Below are positions 25,507 through 38,696 of a stretch of 64,000 bases of DNA, piece by piece. Positions within the stretch are counted from its first letter, which is position 1. The number at the start of each line of letters is the position of its first letter. The notes under the pieces are model-generated. The model had not been told where the DNA came from, ran no database searches, and was given only the letters and a program-made list of their open reading frames with translations. The position numbers and the translations under genes are program-made. Source of the stretch: Octopus sinensis. Lineage: Eukaryota. The stretch is from assembly GCF_006345805.1 (NCBI RefSeq), contig NC_043003.1:14446001-14510000 (forward strand), read 5' to 3'.

Positions 25507-26337
25507 AATAATCCTTTCTACTATAGGCACAAGGCCTGAAATTTGGGGGAGGGGATAATTGATTACATCGACTCCAGTGCATAACTGGTACTTAATTTAT
25601 CGACCCCAAGAGGATGAAAGGCAAAGTCGACCTTGGTGGAATTTGAACTCAGAACATGGTGCCAGACAAAATATCACTAAGCATTTCGCCCGGCATGCTA
25701 ATGGTTCTTTTCTACTCTAGGCACAAGGCCTGAAACTTTGGGGGAGGGGGCCAGTCAATTAAATTGACTCCAGTACACAACTGGTACTTAATTTATTGAC
25801 TCTGAAAGGATGAAAGGCAAAGTTGACCTTGGCAGAATTTTAACTCAGAACATAGTGCCAGATGAAATACAGTTAAGCATTTCGCCCAGAGTGCTAACGA
25901 TTCAGCCAATTTGCTACCCTAACGACCAACAATAATAATAATGATAAGAGTACATGAAGAAGGTGGTGCATTTTAATCAACAGGAAACTGAAATAAAGCA
26001 TTAATTGCCAAAAAAAATAAAATAAATAAAATTGAAAAAATAAGGCAAAAAAAAAACAAAAAGAAACCGCTAACGAAAACAGGAACTTCACATGCGATGC
26101 CCATAAAAAAGACTTTTGGCTGACACCAGTCCTTCCAAGACTATACATTAAAATGCTAATAAGTTTAAGGACGTAAGAGAAAGGAAGACAGGCATATGGC
26201 TCCCTAATTATGGAAAGTGCCGTATTGATTTCTACCAGCCCCAAACCTCTAAACCCAGCACATGTAAAACGTAAAAGGCTGCTGCCATTCATAATACGTG
26301 GCCACACCCAGAAAATTTGAAACTTTAGATTTTTATT

Positions 26338-26343
26338 TTGTTA

Positions 26344-26409
<66 letters not shown>

Positions 26410-26534
26410 GCAGCACCATCACCATCACCATCATCATCATTGTTATTGTATTATTATATTATTATTATTATTGTTGTTGTTGTTGTTGTTGTTATTATTA
26501 TTTTATTATTATTATTATCATCATTATCATTATT

Positions 26535-26574
<40 letters not shown>

Positions 26575-26653
26575 GCAACATCACCATCACCATCATCATC
26601 ATTGTTATTGTTGTTGTTATTATTATTATATTATTATTATTATTATTATTATT

Positions 26654-26687
<34 letters not shown>

Positions 26688-26768
26688 GCAGCACCATCAC
26701 CATCACCATCATCATTGTTATTGTTATTATTATTATTATTATTATTATTGTTGTTGTTGTTGTTGTTG

Positions 26769-26799
<31 letters not shown>

Positions 26800-26815
26800 C
26801 ATCATTATCATTATT

Positions 26816-26883
<68 letters not shown>

Positions 26884-26894
26884 TGTTATTGTTG

Positions 26895-26937
<43 letters not shown>

Positions 26938-27002
26938 CATCATCATCATCATCATCATCATCAGCAACATCACCATCACCATCATCATCATTGTTATTGT
27001 TG

Positions 27003-27077
<75 letters not shown>

Positions 27078-27158
27078 GCAGCACCATCACCATCACCATC
27101 ATCATTGTTATTGTTATTATTATTATTATTATTATTATTGTTGTTGTTGTTGTTGTTG

Positions 27159-27189
<31 letters not shown>

Positions 27190-27205
27190 CATCATTATCA
27201 TTATT

Positions 27206-27245
<40 letters not shown>

Positions 27246-27284
27246 GCAACATCACCATCACCATCATCATCATTGTTATTGTTG

Positions 27285-27330
<46 letters not shown>

Positions 27331-27389
27331 CATCATCATCATCATCATCATCATCAGCAACATCACCATCACCATCATCATCATTGTTA

Positions 27390-27442
<53 letters not shown>

Positions 27443-27443
27443 T
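26338..27443. repeat. higher-order repeat built from (ATT)n/(ATC)n/(GTT)n blocks
   Basis: Marker CCGCAGCACCATCACC occurs three times and CAGCAACATCACC four times, in recurring order. Confidence 0.9.
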
Positions 27444-27821
27444 TGTTTCTGCTTGTTTTTTGTTTTTGTTTTTGTATCTCCATTCTCGTTGCAGAAGAAC
27501 TAAAATGGAACATGTGTTTCCTGTTTCCTCTGTTATTTGTAAAATTGTGAAATGATCTTCTATTTAAGCAGAATGTTTGGAGTATAATTCACGAAGCAAG
27601 AATTTTGCAGAGATTCAGGTCATTATTATTATCGGTTATTATTATCATTAGCATGCCATACAAGAATGCTTAGCAGCCTTTTGTCCGTCTTTACATTCTG
27701 AGTTCAAATTCTACCAAAGTTGTCTTTGCCCTTCAGCTTTTTGGGGTTGATAAAATAAGTACCAGTTGAATACTGGGGTTGATGTGACCAGCTTACTTCC
27801 CCCACCAAAATACCCAGTTCT

Positions 27822-27982
27822 GTGCTTGTGGTAAGTAACTTGCTTACCAACCACATGGTCCCGGGTTCAGTTCCACTGCGTGACATCTTGGGCAAGTGTC
27901 TTCTACTATAGCCTCGGGCCGACCAAAGCCTTGTGAGTGGATTTGGTAGACGGAAACTGAAAGAAGCCCATCATATATATAC

Positions 27983-28059
<77 letters not shown>

Positions 28060-28300
28060 GTGTATGTATATGTTTGTGTGTGTGTTTGTGTGTCTGTGTT
28101 TGTCCCCCCAGCATCGCTTGACAACTGATGCTGGTGTGTTTACATCCCCCATAACTTAGCAGTTCGGCAAAAGAGATCGATAGAATAAGTACTAAGCTTA
28201 CAAAGAATAAGTCCTGGGGTCGATTTGCTCGACTAAAGGCGGTGCTCCAGCATGGCCACAGTCAAATGACTGAAACAAGTAAAAGTGTAAAAGAATAAAA
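27822..28300 (+). mobile_element. family D CORE-like SINE, near full length
   Basis: Well-preserved copy; 3' motif CGGTGCTCCAGCATGGCCACAGTCAAATGACTGAAAC at 28240-28276. Confidence 0.85.
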
Positions 28301-28839
28301 GAATGTGGAAAGAATTATTATTCTCATCGTTTTTATTATTACTGAAGGCTGTGAGCTGGCAGAATCATTAAGACACACCCTACTCAATGACAATCAATAA
28401 AGCACAGGGGCAAACAGTCGATGGAGCTGGCGTACATCATCATCAACAACAACAACAACAATAATGGTTTCAAATTTTGGCACAAGGCTGGTAATTTGGA
28501 GCAGAGAGCAAGCTGCTTACTTTGACCCCAGTACCCAACTGGTACTTATTTTATCAACCCCCGAAAGGATGAAAGGCAAAGTCAACCTTGATGGAATTTG
28601 AACTCAGAACAAAGATAGAGCTGGCATACACTTGCCACAGCCATGCTTCACTCATGGTCAGCTTTATGTAGCTTTTTCAAGAGCAAGAGCGATGGACAAT
28701 TTAAAGGGTTAAAGTGATACCTCAAAATGAAACCACTCATGGCTGCAAAAAGGGAATCACCTACACTAGAAACATTGTATATAGCAAAGTGCTGTAACAG
28801 ATGTATTTAACATATACATTCACACAATAACTTTAAAAA

Positions 28840-29083
28840 GGCACATAAAAAGCACCAACCGATCGTGGCCGATGCCAGACCCTTCTGGCACCTGTGCAGG
28901 TGGCACATAAAAAGCACCCACTACACTCGCGGAGTGGTTGGCGTTAGGAAGGGCATCCAGCTGTAGAAACACTGCCAGATCAGACTGGAGCCTGGAGCAG
29001 CCCCTGGCTCCCCAGACCCCGGTCGAACTGTCCAACCCGTGCTAGCGCAGAAAACGGACGTTAAATGATGATGATGATGATGA
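28840..29083 (+). mobile_element. RTE LINE 3' UTR fragment with (GAT)n tail
   Basis: Matches 10450-10700. Confidence 0.75.
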
Positions 29084-29224
29084 TTATTAATAAATATAAC
29101 ATAAAGGATAATAGAAATTTTCATTAACCAAAATAGTGCAAATTAAACACAATTTTGATTAAATGATAACTATTCATTGGATGATATTTAAATTATCCAT
29201 GAATTTTTTCATGGGTCCAGCCAG

Positions 29225-29490
29225 TTACCTCGGCCTTAGCAAAGGCGGAGGTATTGTTTTCAGTTGTATTTGTTTGTTCATTTCTTTGTCCGTGGACAAG
29301 ATATCTTAAGAACAACTAAATGGATTCAGATGAAACTTTCAGGGATGTTTGGCCTCATGACTGGCATGAACTGATTAGATTTTGGGATCGATCCAGTACC
29401 GGACAAGGATTCTGGATTATTCTTCCTGCCTTTCTACTTATTTTTGTGAGCGGTCACGTTCATTTTTAGTATTCGTGTTTGTGAGAGCAG
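29225..29490 (+). mobile_element. HINE/Helentron-like non-autonomous element
   Basis: Starts TTACCTCGGCCTTAGCAAAGGCGGAGG (hairpin), followed by GTTTTC...GTTTGTT...GGATTCAGATGAAACTTTCAGG...TTAGATTTTGG, the layout of DINE-1/HINE-type elements as recalled; not searched. Confidence 0.5.
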
Positions 29491-30172
29491 TCAAGTTATT
29501 TCAGATAGTCTTTGAAATATTTCTATTTTACAGAACTGAATTCAATCCTGTTAGAATACAGTTTAAATCTTTTGATACCAACCCATCAGAGAATGTATTA
29601 TGGTAGTATTATGGTAGTAACAGTATAGGGGCATGCACTGTAAGGGCGCATTGCTGCATCCCCCATTTGTTGGTGATTTCCTACTACACCTGCACGCAGG
29701 CAACAACCCAGTACCACCTGACTAGCCCTCATGCCGGTGGCACGTAAAAGCACCCACTACACTCTCAGAGTGGTTGGCATTAGGAAGGGCACCCGGCTGC
29801 AGAAACTTTCCCAGATCAGATTGGCGCCTGGAAAGTGGACATTATACGACGATGATGATGAAGATGATGAAAATTCTTCAAGAAAAAGGAAATGTCTTTC
29901 AACAGAAATATATTAACAAAAGGGTTTAGAGAGTTGTGGATTCTGTAAGCTGAATTGTTCCAAATTCTCAACAAGACAATTTCCTTTACGATGCCTCAAA
30001 GATGCAATGGATTACACACACAGACACACAGACACACATGTAATTGAGTTTAGGTTTAGAGGTGCCTATTTGATGCACTCTTTGTAATTGTCATCATACC
30101 CTGCACTCAGTGTATTTATTTATTTTTATGTCCTTTTGTTTTATATATCTATATCTATATCTATATCTATAC

Positions 30173-30210
<38 letters not shown>

Positions 30211-30236
30211 CATCATATATATATATTATATGTATG

Positions 30237-30268
<32 letters not shown>

Positions 30269-31395
30269 ATGTATGCATATAAATGTATGCATATAAATAT
30301 GTATGCATATAAATTCACCTACACTGGTAAAAGAAAAATATTTATTTTATTATTTTTTTTTTTACTATTTTATTAAAAGAGTTATAAATTTTAATTAGTT
30401 AAGGTATTACAGTGTGTTTGATGTGAAACATTTTTTTTTTGTGTGTGTATATTTGTATCAATGTGGATTGGTTTTTCAAATTTTTGAGCAATTTTCCTCT
30501 CTTCACTTCGATGTGTTTCATCCATTCGAGTATTAAGTAACTTTATGGTTCATCATCATTTCTCGTAAACTTATTAATTAATTCTGTACAGCCCGAAAAG
30601 GTAAAAAAAAAAAAAAAAAAAGAAAGAAAAAAAGAAAAGAAAGAAGAAAAGAAAGCTGTTCCAAGAAACCATCTTTCCAATTAGAAACGTTGTATTGATG
30701 AATATTTCACACAAATTTTTTATCCTTCAGTTTTCGAGCTTATAGTTTTCCCTTTTCTGCCAATGGTGATATGTTACTTTAGATAAATATTGTAGAATAT
30801 ATTTTCCTATTAACCCCCCCCCAAAAAAAAAAAAATATAAATAAAATAAATGAATAAAATAAAATTTAAAAAATCAAAAAAACAGAAAACGAATTTTTTT
30901 TTTTTTTGTTAAGTGTATTTCCTATTTTTAATCATAATCTCCATAAGTCGTTAAATTAATTTCAGTTTAATTTTAAATTTCTGTAAGCATTTATTCCTGC
31001 TTGATAAATATCTTTCGATCTCATCCAGGCAAATTAAAAAAAATATATATATATCTATAACACCAACTGCTACACTGGATCCAAAATTATTTGACATCCA
31101 TCTACAGGAAATTGCAAGGAATCCCAGTCTTTTTACATTTTCTGCCACTATCTTTATCTTACCTGTCTGCTTACTCTTTTACTTGTTTCAGTCATTTGAC
31201 TGAGGCCATGCTGGAGCACCGCCTTTTTTAGTCGAGCAAATAGACCCCAGGACTTATTCTTTGTAAGCCTAGTACTAATTCTATCGGTCTCTTTTGCCGA
31301 ACCGCTAAGTTATGGGGACATAAACACACCAGCATCGGTTATCAAGCGATGTTGGGCGGACAAACACAGACACACAAACATACACACACACACAT

Positions 31396-31702
31396 ATTTC
31401 ATTTAATTTAATTCCATTTCATCTAGTTTCAGCTCACGAGCTGTGGCCATGCTGGGGCACCGTTATTTGGTGTTGCTACATGATTTTACTTCACGAATGC
31501 TTTTTAGTAATTGACATTTGGTGCATGGGAGAGTTTGATGCAGCTGCCCTCATCAGCACCTCTTGCCGTGAAGTTGGTTCATCTGGGACACCTGACAGGA
31601 AGAGGTTCAGCTTTATTTTAAAGACATCTGCATCCACCCCATGCAGGTCTCTCAGGTCCTTTGGGAGGTTATTGAAGAGCTGTGGACCTCTGAAGCCCAG
31701 GC
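31396..31702 (-). mobile_element. CR1/L2-like LINE 3' end (ORF2 C-terminus, stop, 3' stem-loop, pentamer tail) nested in a family D SINE
   Basis: Peptide SLGFRGPQLFNNLPKDLR...FKIKLNLFLSGVPDEP...RAAASNS; stop at 31491-31493; tail TGAAA/TAAAT. Flanked by the two halves of a family D SINE (about 31170-31395 and 31703-31875). Confidence 0.75.
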
Positions 31703-32559
31703 TATATATATATATACGACAGGCTTCTCTCAGTTTCTGTCTACCAAATCCACTCACAAGGCTTTGGTTGGCCCGAGGCTATAGTAGAAGACTCTTGCCC
31801 AAGGTGCCACACAGTGGGACTGAACTCGGAGTCATGTGATTGGTAAGCAAGCTACTTACCACACAGCCACTCCTGTGCCCAGGGAAGAGATTTCACAAAA
31901 TGTGTGTAGGCTTTGCTTTTATGAATGTGCAAGTGCTTTCAGTTCTTAATGATATATATATATATATATATATACAACAGGCTTCTTTCAGTTTCCATCT
32001 ACCAATCCACTCACAATGTTTTGCTTGGCCTGAGGCTACAGTAGAAGACACTTGCCCACTGTGTGACACTTTGGGCAAGTGTCTTCTACTATAGCCTCGG
32101 GCTGACCAAAGCCTTGTGAGAGGATTTGGTAGATGGAAACTGAAAGAAGCCTGTCGTATATATGTGTGTGTGTGTGTATGTATGTGTTTATGTGTGTCTT
32201 TGTATCTGTGTTTGTCCCCCCACCATCGCTTGACAACTGATGTTGGTGTGTTTGCGTCTCCGTAACTTAGCAGTTCAGCAAAAGAGACCAATAGAATAAG
32301 TACTAGGCTTACAAAGAAGCAAACATAGTAATTTCCACAGACACATGGCAATAAAAGGGAAAAGGGCTAAGCTGGGTAATGTTGTGTGTTATTTAGGGGA
32401 TGATGGCTGTGGTAGTGAAATACCAAGATTGGTTTGTTCGTTTGTTGGTTTGTTCATGTCCCTGTAACTTTGTGGTTTGGCAATAGAGGCTGATAGAATA
32501 AGTACTATGTGTTAAAAAAAAAACAAAAAGACTACAAGAGACAATCTGTTTGACTAAAC

Positions 32560-33567
32560 CAGGGGTTCTCAACCATTTCTTTTATTCATGGACCCCTTTG
32601 ATTACTGTTTTATTCTGGTGGAACCCCATAGCCATTCGATGTTTAAAATCTAATTTTATAGAAACTTCTTTCAAAATTCCTATTTTCTTTTTCCCACATT
32701 AACCTGTGTAGGTTGAACTACGTAAAATGTTAGACTAAGAAACCTGGCTGTTTCTTGCAATACGTACCAAGACATACATCGAAAGCAAAAATTCTTCAGG
32801 TTCTCAACCATTTTTAACCTATGGCCCCCTTTGATTTCTATTTTATTCTGGTGGACCCCCATAGCTATTTTGATGTTTGAAACTAGTTTCATAGAAACTT
32901 CTTTCAAAATTCCTATTTTGTTTTTCACACAACTTGTGTAGATTGAATCATATAAAATGTTAAGGAAAGAAACCTAACAATTTCTTGCAATGCATACCAA
33001 GACATACAATCTAGTGCAATATTTCTTCAGGTTCTCAACCGTTTTTTATCTGTGGGCCCCTTTGATTATTATTTTATTCTGGTGGACCCCCATAGCTATT
33101 TTGATGTTTAAAACTAGTTTCATAGAAACTTCTTTCAAAATTCTAATTTTGTTTTTCACTCATTAACTTGTGTAGGTTGAACAATTTAAAATGTTAGAGA
33201 AAGAAACCTAACAGTTTCTTGCAATAAATACCAATATATACATCTAAATCAAAATTTTTTCAGTGGTCTTTAAAATACTATTGTGGATCTCCAATTTGCT
33301 ATTTTATTGTGTGGACCCCTTTGATTACTGTGTTATTCTGGTGGACCTCCATAGCTATCTTGTGTAGGTTGCACCATGTAAAATGTTAGAGAAAGAAACC
33401 AAGCTATTTCTTGCAATACATACCAGTATATATACATCTAAAACAAACTTTTTTAGGGATCCTTAAATTACTATTGTGGATCTCCAATTTTCTATTTTGT
33501 TGCTTAAGTCCCCAGAAATCTTATATGGACCCTCAGGGGCCATATAAGACCCGGTTGAGGACCACTG
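32560..33567 (+). mobile_element. hAT MITE with internally amplified 5' unit
   Basis: TIRs CAGGGGTTCTCAACC and GGTTGAGGACCACTG; perfect 8-bp TSD GACTAAAC at 32552-32559 and 33568-33575; about 235-bp unit starting at 32560, 32797 and 33028. Confidence 0.9.
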
Positions 33568-33873
33568 GACTAAACCCTTTAATGGCAATGCCCCAGCATG
33601 GCCACTGTCCAATGATTGAAACAAGCAAAAGATAAACACCGAAAGATATACTCTTACTCTCTTTTACTCTTTTACTTGTTTCAGTCATTTGACTGTGGCA
33701 ATGCTGGAGCACTGCCTTTAGTCGAGCCAATTGATGCCAGGACTTATTCTCTGTAAGCCTAGTACTTATTCTATCGGTCACTTTTGCTAAACCGCTAAGT
33801 TACAGGGACGTAAACACACCACCATCGGTTGTCAAGCGATGTTGAGGGAGAAACACAGACACACAAACACATG

Positions 33874-33939
<66 letters not shown>

Positions 33940-34357
33940 CACACATATATACGATGGGCTTCTTTCAGTTTCCGTCTACCAAATCCACTCACAAGGCTTT
34001 GGTCAGCCCGAGGCTATATTAGAAGACACTTGCCCAAGGTTCCACACAGTGGGACTGAACCCGGAACCATGCGTTTCGTAAGCAAGCTACTTACGTAAGC
34101 AAGCCACACCTATGCCTGTAGAGCTTCAATTCAAATATTCATTTTGACTAATTGTTGTAAATCGAACCTGGAGCTTTTACAAGACATGTTAAAAAAACTC
34201 ATTTGAGATGATGACTTTTCTTGAGATGAATTTGAATTTTATCCACAGTTGGCTTGTTGAGTATTTCAAAATTTGATAAAAATTGGGACATTTAATTCTG
34301 ATATTTTTTGCAGTCTGTACATACATACATACATACATACATACATACATACATACA

Positions 34358-34388
<31 letters not shown>

Positions 34389-34774
34389 GTATATATATAT
34401 ATACATGTAAGTATTTTATATAATTCATCTGTAGATGATCAAATAAAGATACATAAAGAAAAAGAAATATTTCTTTTATTAAATCAATAAAATTACTTTG
34501 TTGGATATAAATTCTAGACACAATGTCTGTATGGTTCCTGATTAGGAGGAAATTTATTGTCTATTATACATACATACATACATACATACATACATACATA
34601 CATACATACATACATACTTACATATATACATATAGACATATATATATGACTAAAATTTATCACATTACAAACAAAAAAAAGAGAAAAACGAAAATAGAAC
34701 CCCCCCAGTTTACCCAGGAAGTATTTGACTAAATCTTAAAAGCAATATTATTCATGTTAGTATATAATTTAGAT

Positions 34775-34834
<60 letters not shown>

Positions 34835-35343
34835 GTGAGAGAGAGAGATGGAGATGTAACATTCTGATGTTTTGAAGAAAAAAGAAAATTTTCTCCCTCA
34901 GTGAAAGTGTCATATTAAATTCTAAAAGTTTTGACTCTAACTATACCAAAACAAGTGATATAAATGATATTTGTACTTTAGTATACTTACGATTTAGAAA
35001 CGAATTCAACTTGCTTTTAAAACATAACACCAAGCGTGCACACACAAGCACACACACACATACACACTTGTGCACACTCTTGCACACATACATGCAAGTG
35101 TGCATGCTTTTGTTGATCTTTATATAACTCACTTATATTCAGACAAACACAGAAATTCAGATAAATTAGTGTCCACTTTAGTATCATAAATAAATAAAAC
35201 ATGAATCACAATCTGTACAAAGATTTTTATGAGAGGAAAGTAAAACAGTAAATCTGTGATATAAACCAATGCGTCACAACCTTTTTTTCACTTGTGGTAC
35301 ACTTTTATATTCTTTTCAAAATCCGGCAGCACACCTGAACTAA

Positions 35344-36000
35344 TGTGTCCTTTTTAAAGCCTAGCCAGGCTCATGGGCCCGGTTTCCCAGTTTCTGTGGC
35401 ATATGTGTTCTCCAGCTGGACGGGATGCCAGTCCATTGCAGCATTATCCATTTTTGCCAGCTGAGTGGACTGGAGCAACGTGAAATGAAGTGTTTTGCTC
35501 CCTTTTAAAGCCTAGCCAGGCTCATGGGCTTGGTTTCCTGGTTTCAATGGTGTATGTGTTTCCCAGCTGGACGGGACACCAGTCCATTGCAGTGTTACTC
35601 CTTTTTGTTGGCTGATTGGACTGGAGCAACATGAAATGAAGTGTTTTGCTCAAGAACACAACGTGTCACCCGGTCCAGGAATTGAAACCACAATCTTGCG
35701 ATCATGATGCTGACACCCTAACCACTAAGCCACATTCCTCAACAAATAAATGCACCCTTTTAAAGCCTAGCTAGGATTATGGGCCCAGTTTCCCGGTTTC
35801 TATGGCGTATGTGTTCCCCTGCTGGACAAGACGCCAGTCCATTGCAACGTTACTCATTTTTGCCGGCTGAGTGGACTGGAGCAACGTGAAATGAAGTGTT
35901 TTGCTCAAGAACACAATGCGTCGCCTGGTCCAGGAATCGAAACCACAATCTTACGATCGTGGTGCTGACACCCTAACCACTAAGCCATGTGCCTCCACCG
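35344..36000 (-). mobile_element. trimeric SINE (B+Z): two full units + one headless unit
   Basis: 10-bp TSD CCTGAACTAA at 35334-35343 and 36001-36010; unit junctions at about 35500 and 35744. Confidence 0.85.
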
Positions 36001-36240
36001 CCTGAACTAAAGATATAACTAAAAGTATAGGGAAAAAAATTATATTTGGTTGTCTAGAATGTTCGTGCCGATTTATAGTAGCTTACCTTTCAACTTATTT
36101 TAGAACAAGGTTGAGTCCATAAAATAGGATTTGACTACACCTCCATTTAGAGCACAGTTTAAGCTATCTTTTCGTGGAAGAAGGCTTATGTTCCTATAAT
36201 CTGTGTTAATTCTGTAACCCTTTAAAATAGAAGATAAGAA

Positions 36241-36868
36241 AGTTCATGTGATGAGAAATGGATTATGTACTGAAATGTTCAGAGAGCGCGATCCTGGAGT
36301 AAGTGACATGAGCCACCCTTAGCCACCCCAAAAGCAGGCCTTCACCCTAAAAAAGTCCTGCTTTGTGTCTGGTAGGATTGGAAAGGAATTCTGTACTATG
36401 AGCTTCTCCCAAGTAACCAGACCATTAATTCTGAGAAATACTGCACACAACTGGACGAGTTAAAAGCAGCAATTCAAGAGAAACGTCCAGAATTGGCCAA
36501 CAGGAATGTAAGACCGCATGTTTCTTTGGGAACCAGACAAAAATTGTTGCAGCTCAGCTGGGATGTGTTACCCCACCCTCCATATTCACCAGATATTGCT
36601 CCTTCGGATTTCCACTTATTCAGGTCTTTGCAGAATAGTCTTAATGGTAAAAATTTCAATTCCTTGGATGACATAAAAAAATACCTTGATGAATTCTTTG
36701 CCATGAAACCAATTCTGGGAAGAGGGTATTTTCAAGTTAAAGGAAAGATGGAGACGCATTGTGCAACAAAATGGTTCATATTTGGATGATTAAAAATGTA
36801 ATGGCAAGTATTTATTAACCTTTTTCTTTCCTTTAAAAATTGGCACAAACTTTCTGGACAACCCAATA
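36241..36868 (+). pseudogene. mariner transposase 3' half with right TIR
   Basis: CDEKW (first catalytic D), KAGLHPKKVLL, YSPDIAPSDFHLF; the GVVFHQD segment before NVRPH is deleted. TIR AACTTTCTGGACAACCCAA followed by TA at 36867-36868. Confidence 0.9.
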
Positions 36869-37878
36869 TTTAGGTTACACTGTGGCACACCTAGCTTCAT
36901 CTCGTGGCACACCAGTGTACTATGGCATACAGGTTGTGGAGCACTGATACAGACAGAGGCAGACAGAGAAGTGCAACTGAGACTTGCTGTAAATTTTGAT
37001 TTACAGTGATCAGGAAATGAATTTAATCCTCAACAAGGCACCAAAGAAAAGAAACTAGAGTAAAAATGCATAGTCACTAGTGTTGGTGCCACGAAAAAGC
37101 ACCCAGAACACTCTGTCAAGTATTTAGGAAGGGCATCCAGCTGTAAAATACATCTCAAATTTGATATTAGAGCATTATGCAATTCACTGACTTGTCAGGC
37201 CCTGTTATACAATTTGTAGGAGGAATATTGACAGAGTACTCAGCAGCAACTCATTGCCTAGGAATTGAACTCAAATCACTATGTTCAGGCATAAAAATAA
37301 CTAAATACCAAAACAGGATCTTGTTAGAGATTGATGACACCAGCAAGCAGCTGGCCATTCAAATTCTTGATTGATACATTAAGAACTTGTTTTTGTCAGT
37401 AGCTGGGCTGACCAGCAACAACACAAAAAGCTTGGCAGATACTTAACTTGTTAGCATCTCAGTTATAAATGACATATTGTCGTCCTGCCATCGCTTGACA
37501 ACCGATGCTGGTGTGTTTATGTCACCATAACATTAGTGGTTCAGCAAAAGAGACCGATAGAATAAGTACTAGGCTTACAAAGAATAAGACCTAGGGTCAA
37601 TTTGCTTGACTAAAGGCAGTGTTCAAGCATGGCTGTAGTCAACTGACTGAAACAGGTAAAAGAATAAAAGAATATATTTATATATATATATATAGGCGCA
37701 GGAGTGGCTGTGTGGTAAGTAGTCTTTGGTGCTCTTTCTTTGATGGATCATGGGTATATATAAATTGTTTGTCTGTTAACTGACTGGCGCTTGTAATACA
37801 ACTAAAGTCACCATGCTGCAGGAACTTATATCACTCAACTTCAGCTATGAAATTTGTTGACTTCAACAATTCACTATA

Positions 37879-37910
<32 letters not shown>

Positions 37911-38643
37911 TGTGTATGCACACATAGTGAAAAGGTTCAATAATTAAAATTTTTCACACGGCTGAATTGTACTGAAAAATATAAAAAGAAGGAAAATGTG
38001 CAGAAATTTTATGCTATACAAAATATACATATATATATTTTCCTGAAATAAAATATTTACATAGTCTACTAGTTTCGCTCGAGCTAATCATGGCTAAGAA
38101 GTTAGTCATAGTGTCATTTCATGCTGTCATAAGAAGTTTTCATTCCAGGTTAGTAGGAGGAACTGTATTTTGTGAAGAATGGAGTTGTTGGTATCACATT
38201 TATTCCAAAGTTTACAGCTGTTTCATTAATGAGTGACAAATCATTAAATATTTTTGAAAACATGAAAGAAAGCAATGATACTGTCATATCGATTATATAA
38301 TATTGATTGTATGATGAGTGCTTTATAGTCATCTAGTCATAACCACTGTGAACAAATAAATAAAGACTTTTCTGTTTATTCACTAAACACTTTATAAAAT
38401 ATGCTGAGTGTATTTAAACTTGTGTGGTTATCTAGTTTCCCTTGAAACTAAAGTGTTTCCCCACCCTTTGTTGTCTCTGTTCATTCAAAGTAACAAATAC
38501 TAATATTAAATCATTTAAAACTAATTGCATACACTGAATTTTTATTCACCCTGGTGGCTATTTCTAACATCAGCAAATGTTTTATTCATTTTTCCCTTAT
38601 ATCAGAGGGATCAAATTCTCATTTGACCATGTGGCTCCCCATG

Positions 38644-38696
38644 TGTATAAGCCACTGAAGAGGCCCAAAAAGGCTGAAATGTCCTTGCTGGCTACA
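38644..38696 (+). ncRNA. degenerate canonical type-I hammerhead inside an inverted repeat
   Basis: UGUA-UA-AGCCA CUGAAGA GGCC-CAAAAA-GGCU GAAA ... UGGCU-ACA; the cleavage-site region is damaged. Outer perfect 12-bp inverted repeat at 38599-38610 and 38716-38727. Confidence 0.55.

Larger units (their letters stand above)
35267..36946 (+). mobile_element. hAT MITE hosting a SINE trimer and a mariner fragment
   Basis: Ends CAATGCGTCACAACC and GGTTGTGGAGCACTG (12/15 inverted match); 8-bp flanks ATATAAAC and ATACAGAC (6/8). Confidence 0.6.

Noticed and set aside
26298-27555. ORFs of 295-405 aa on both strands
   Set aside because: Homopolymeric I/L/S/H/Y/M runs; ATT/ATC/GTT repeats cannot encode stops on this strand, so the long ORFs are expected by composition.
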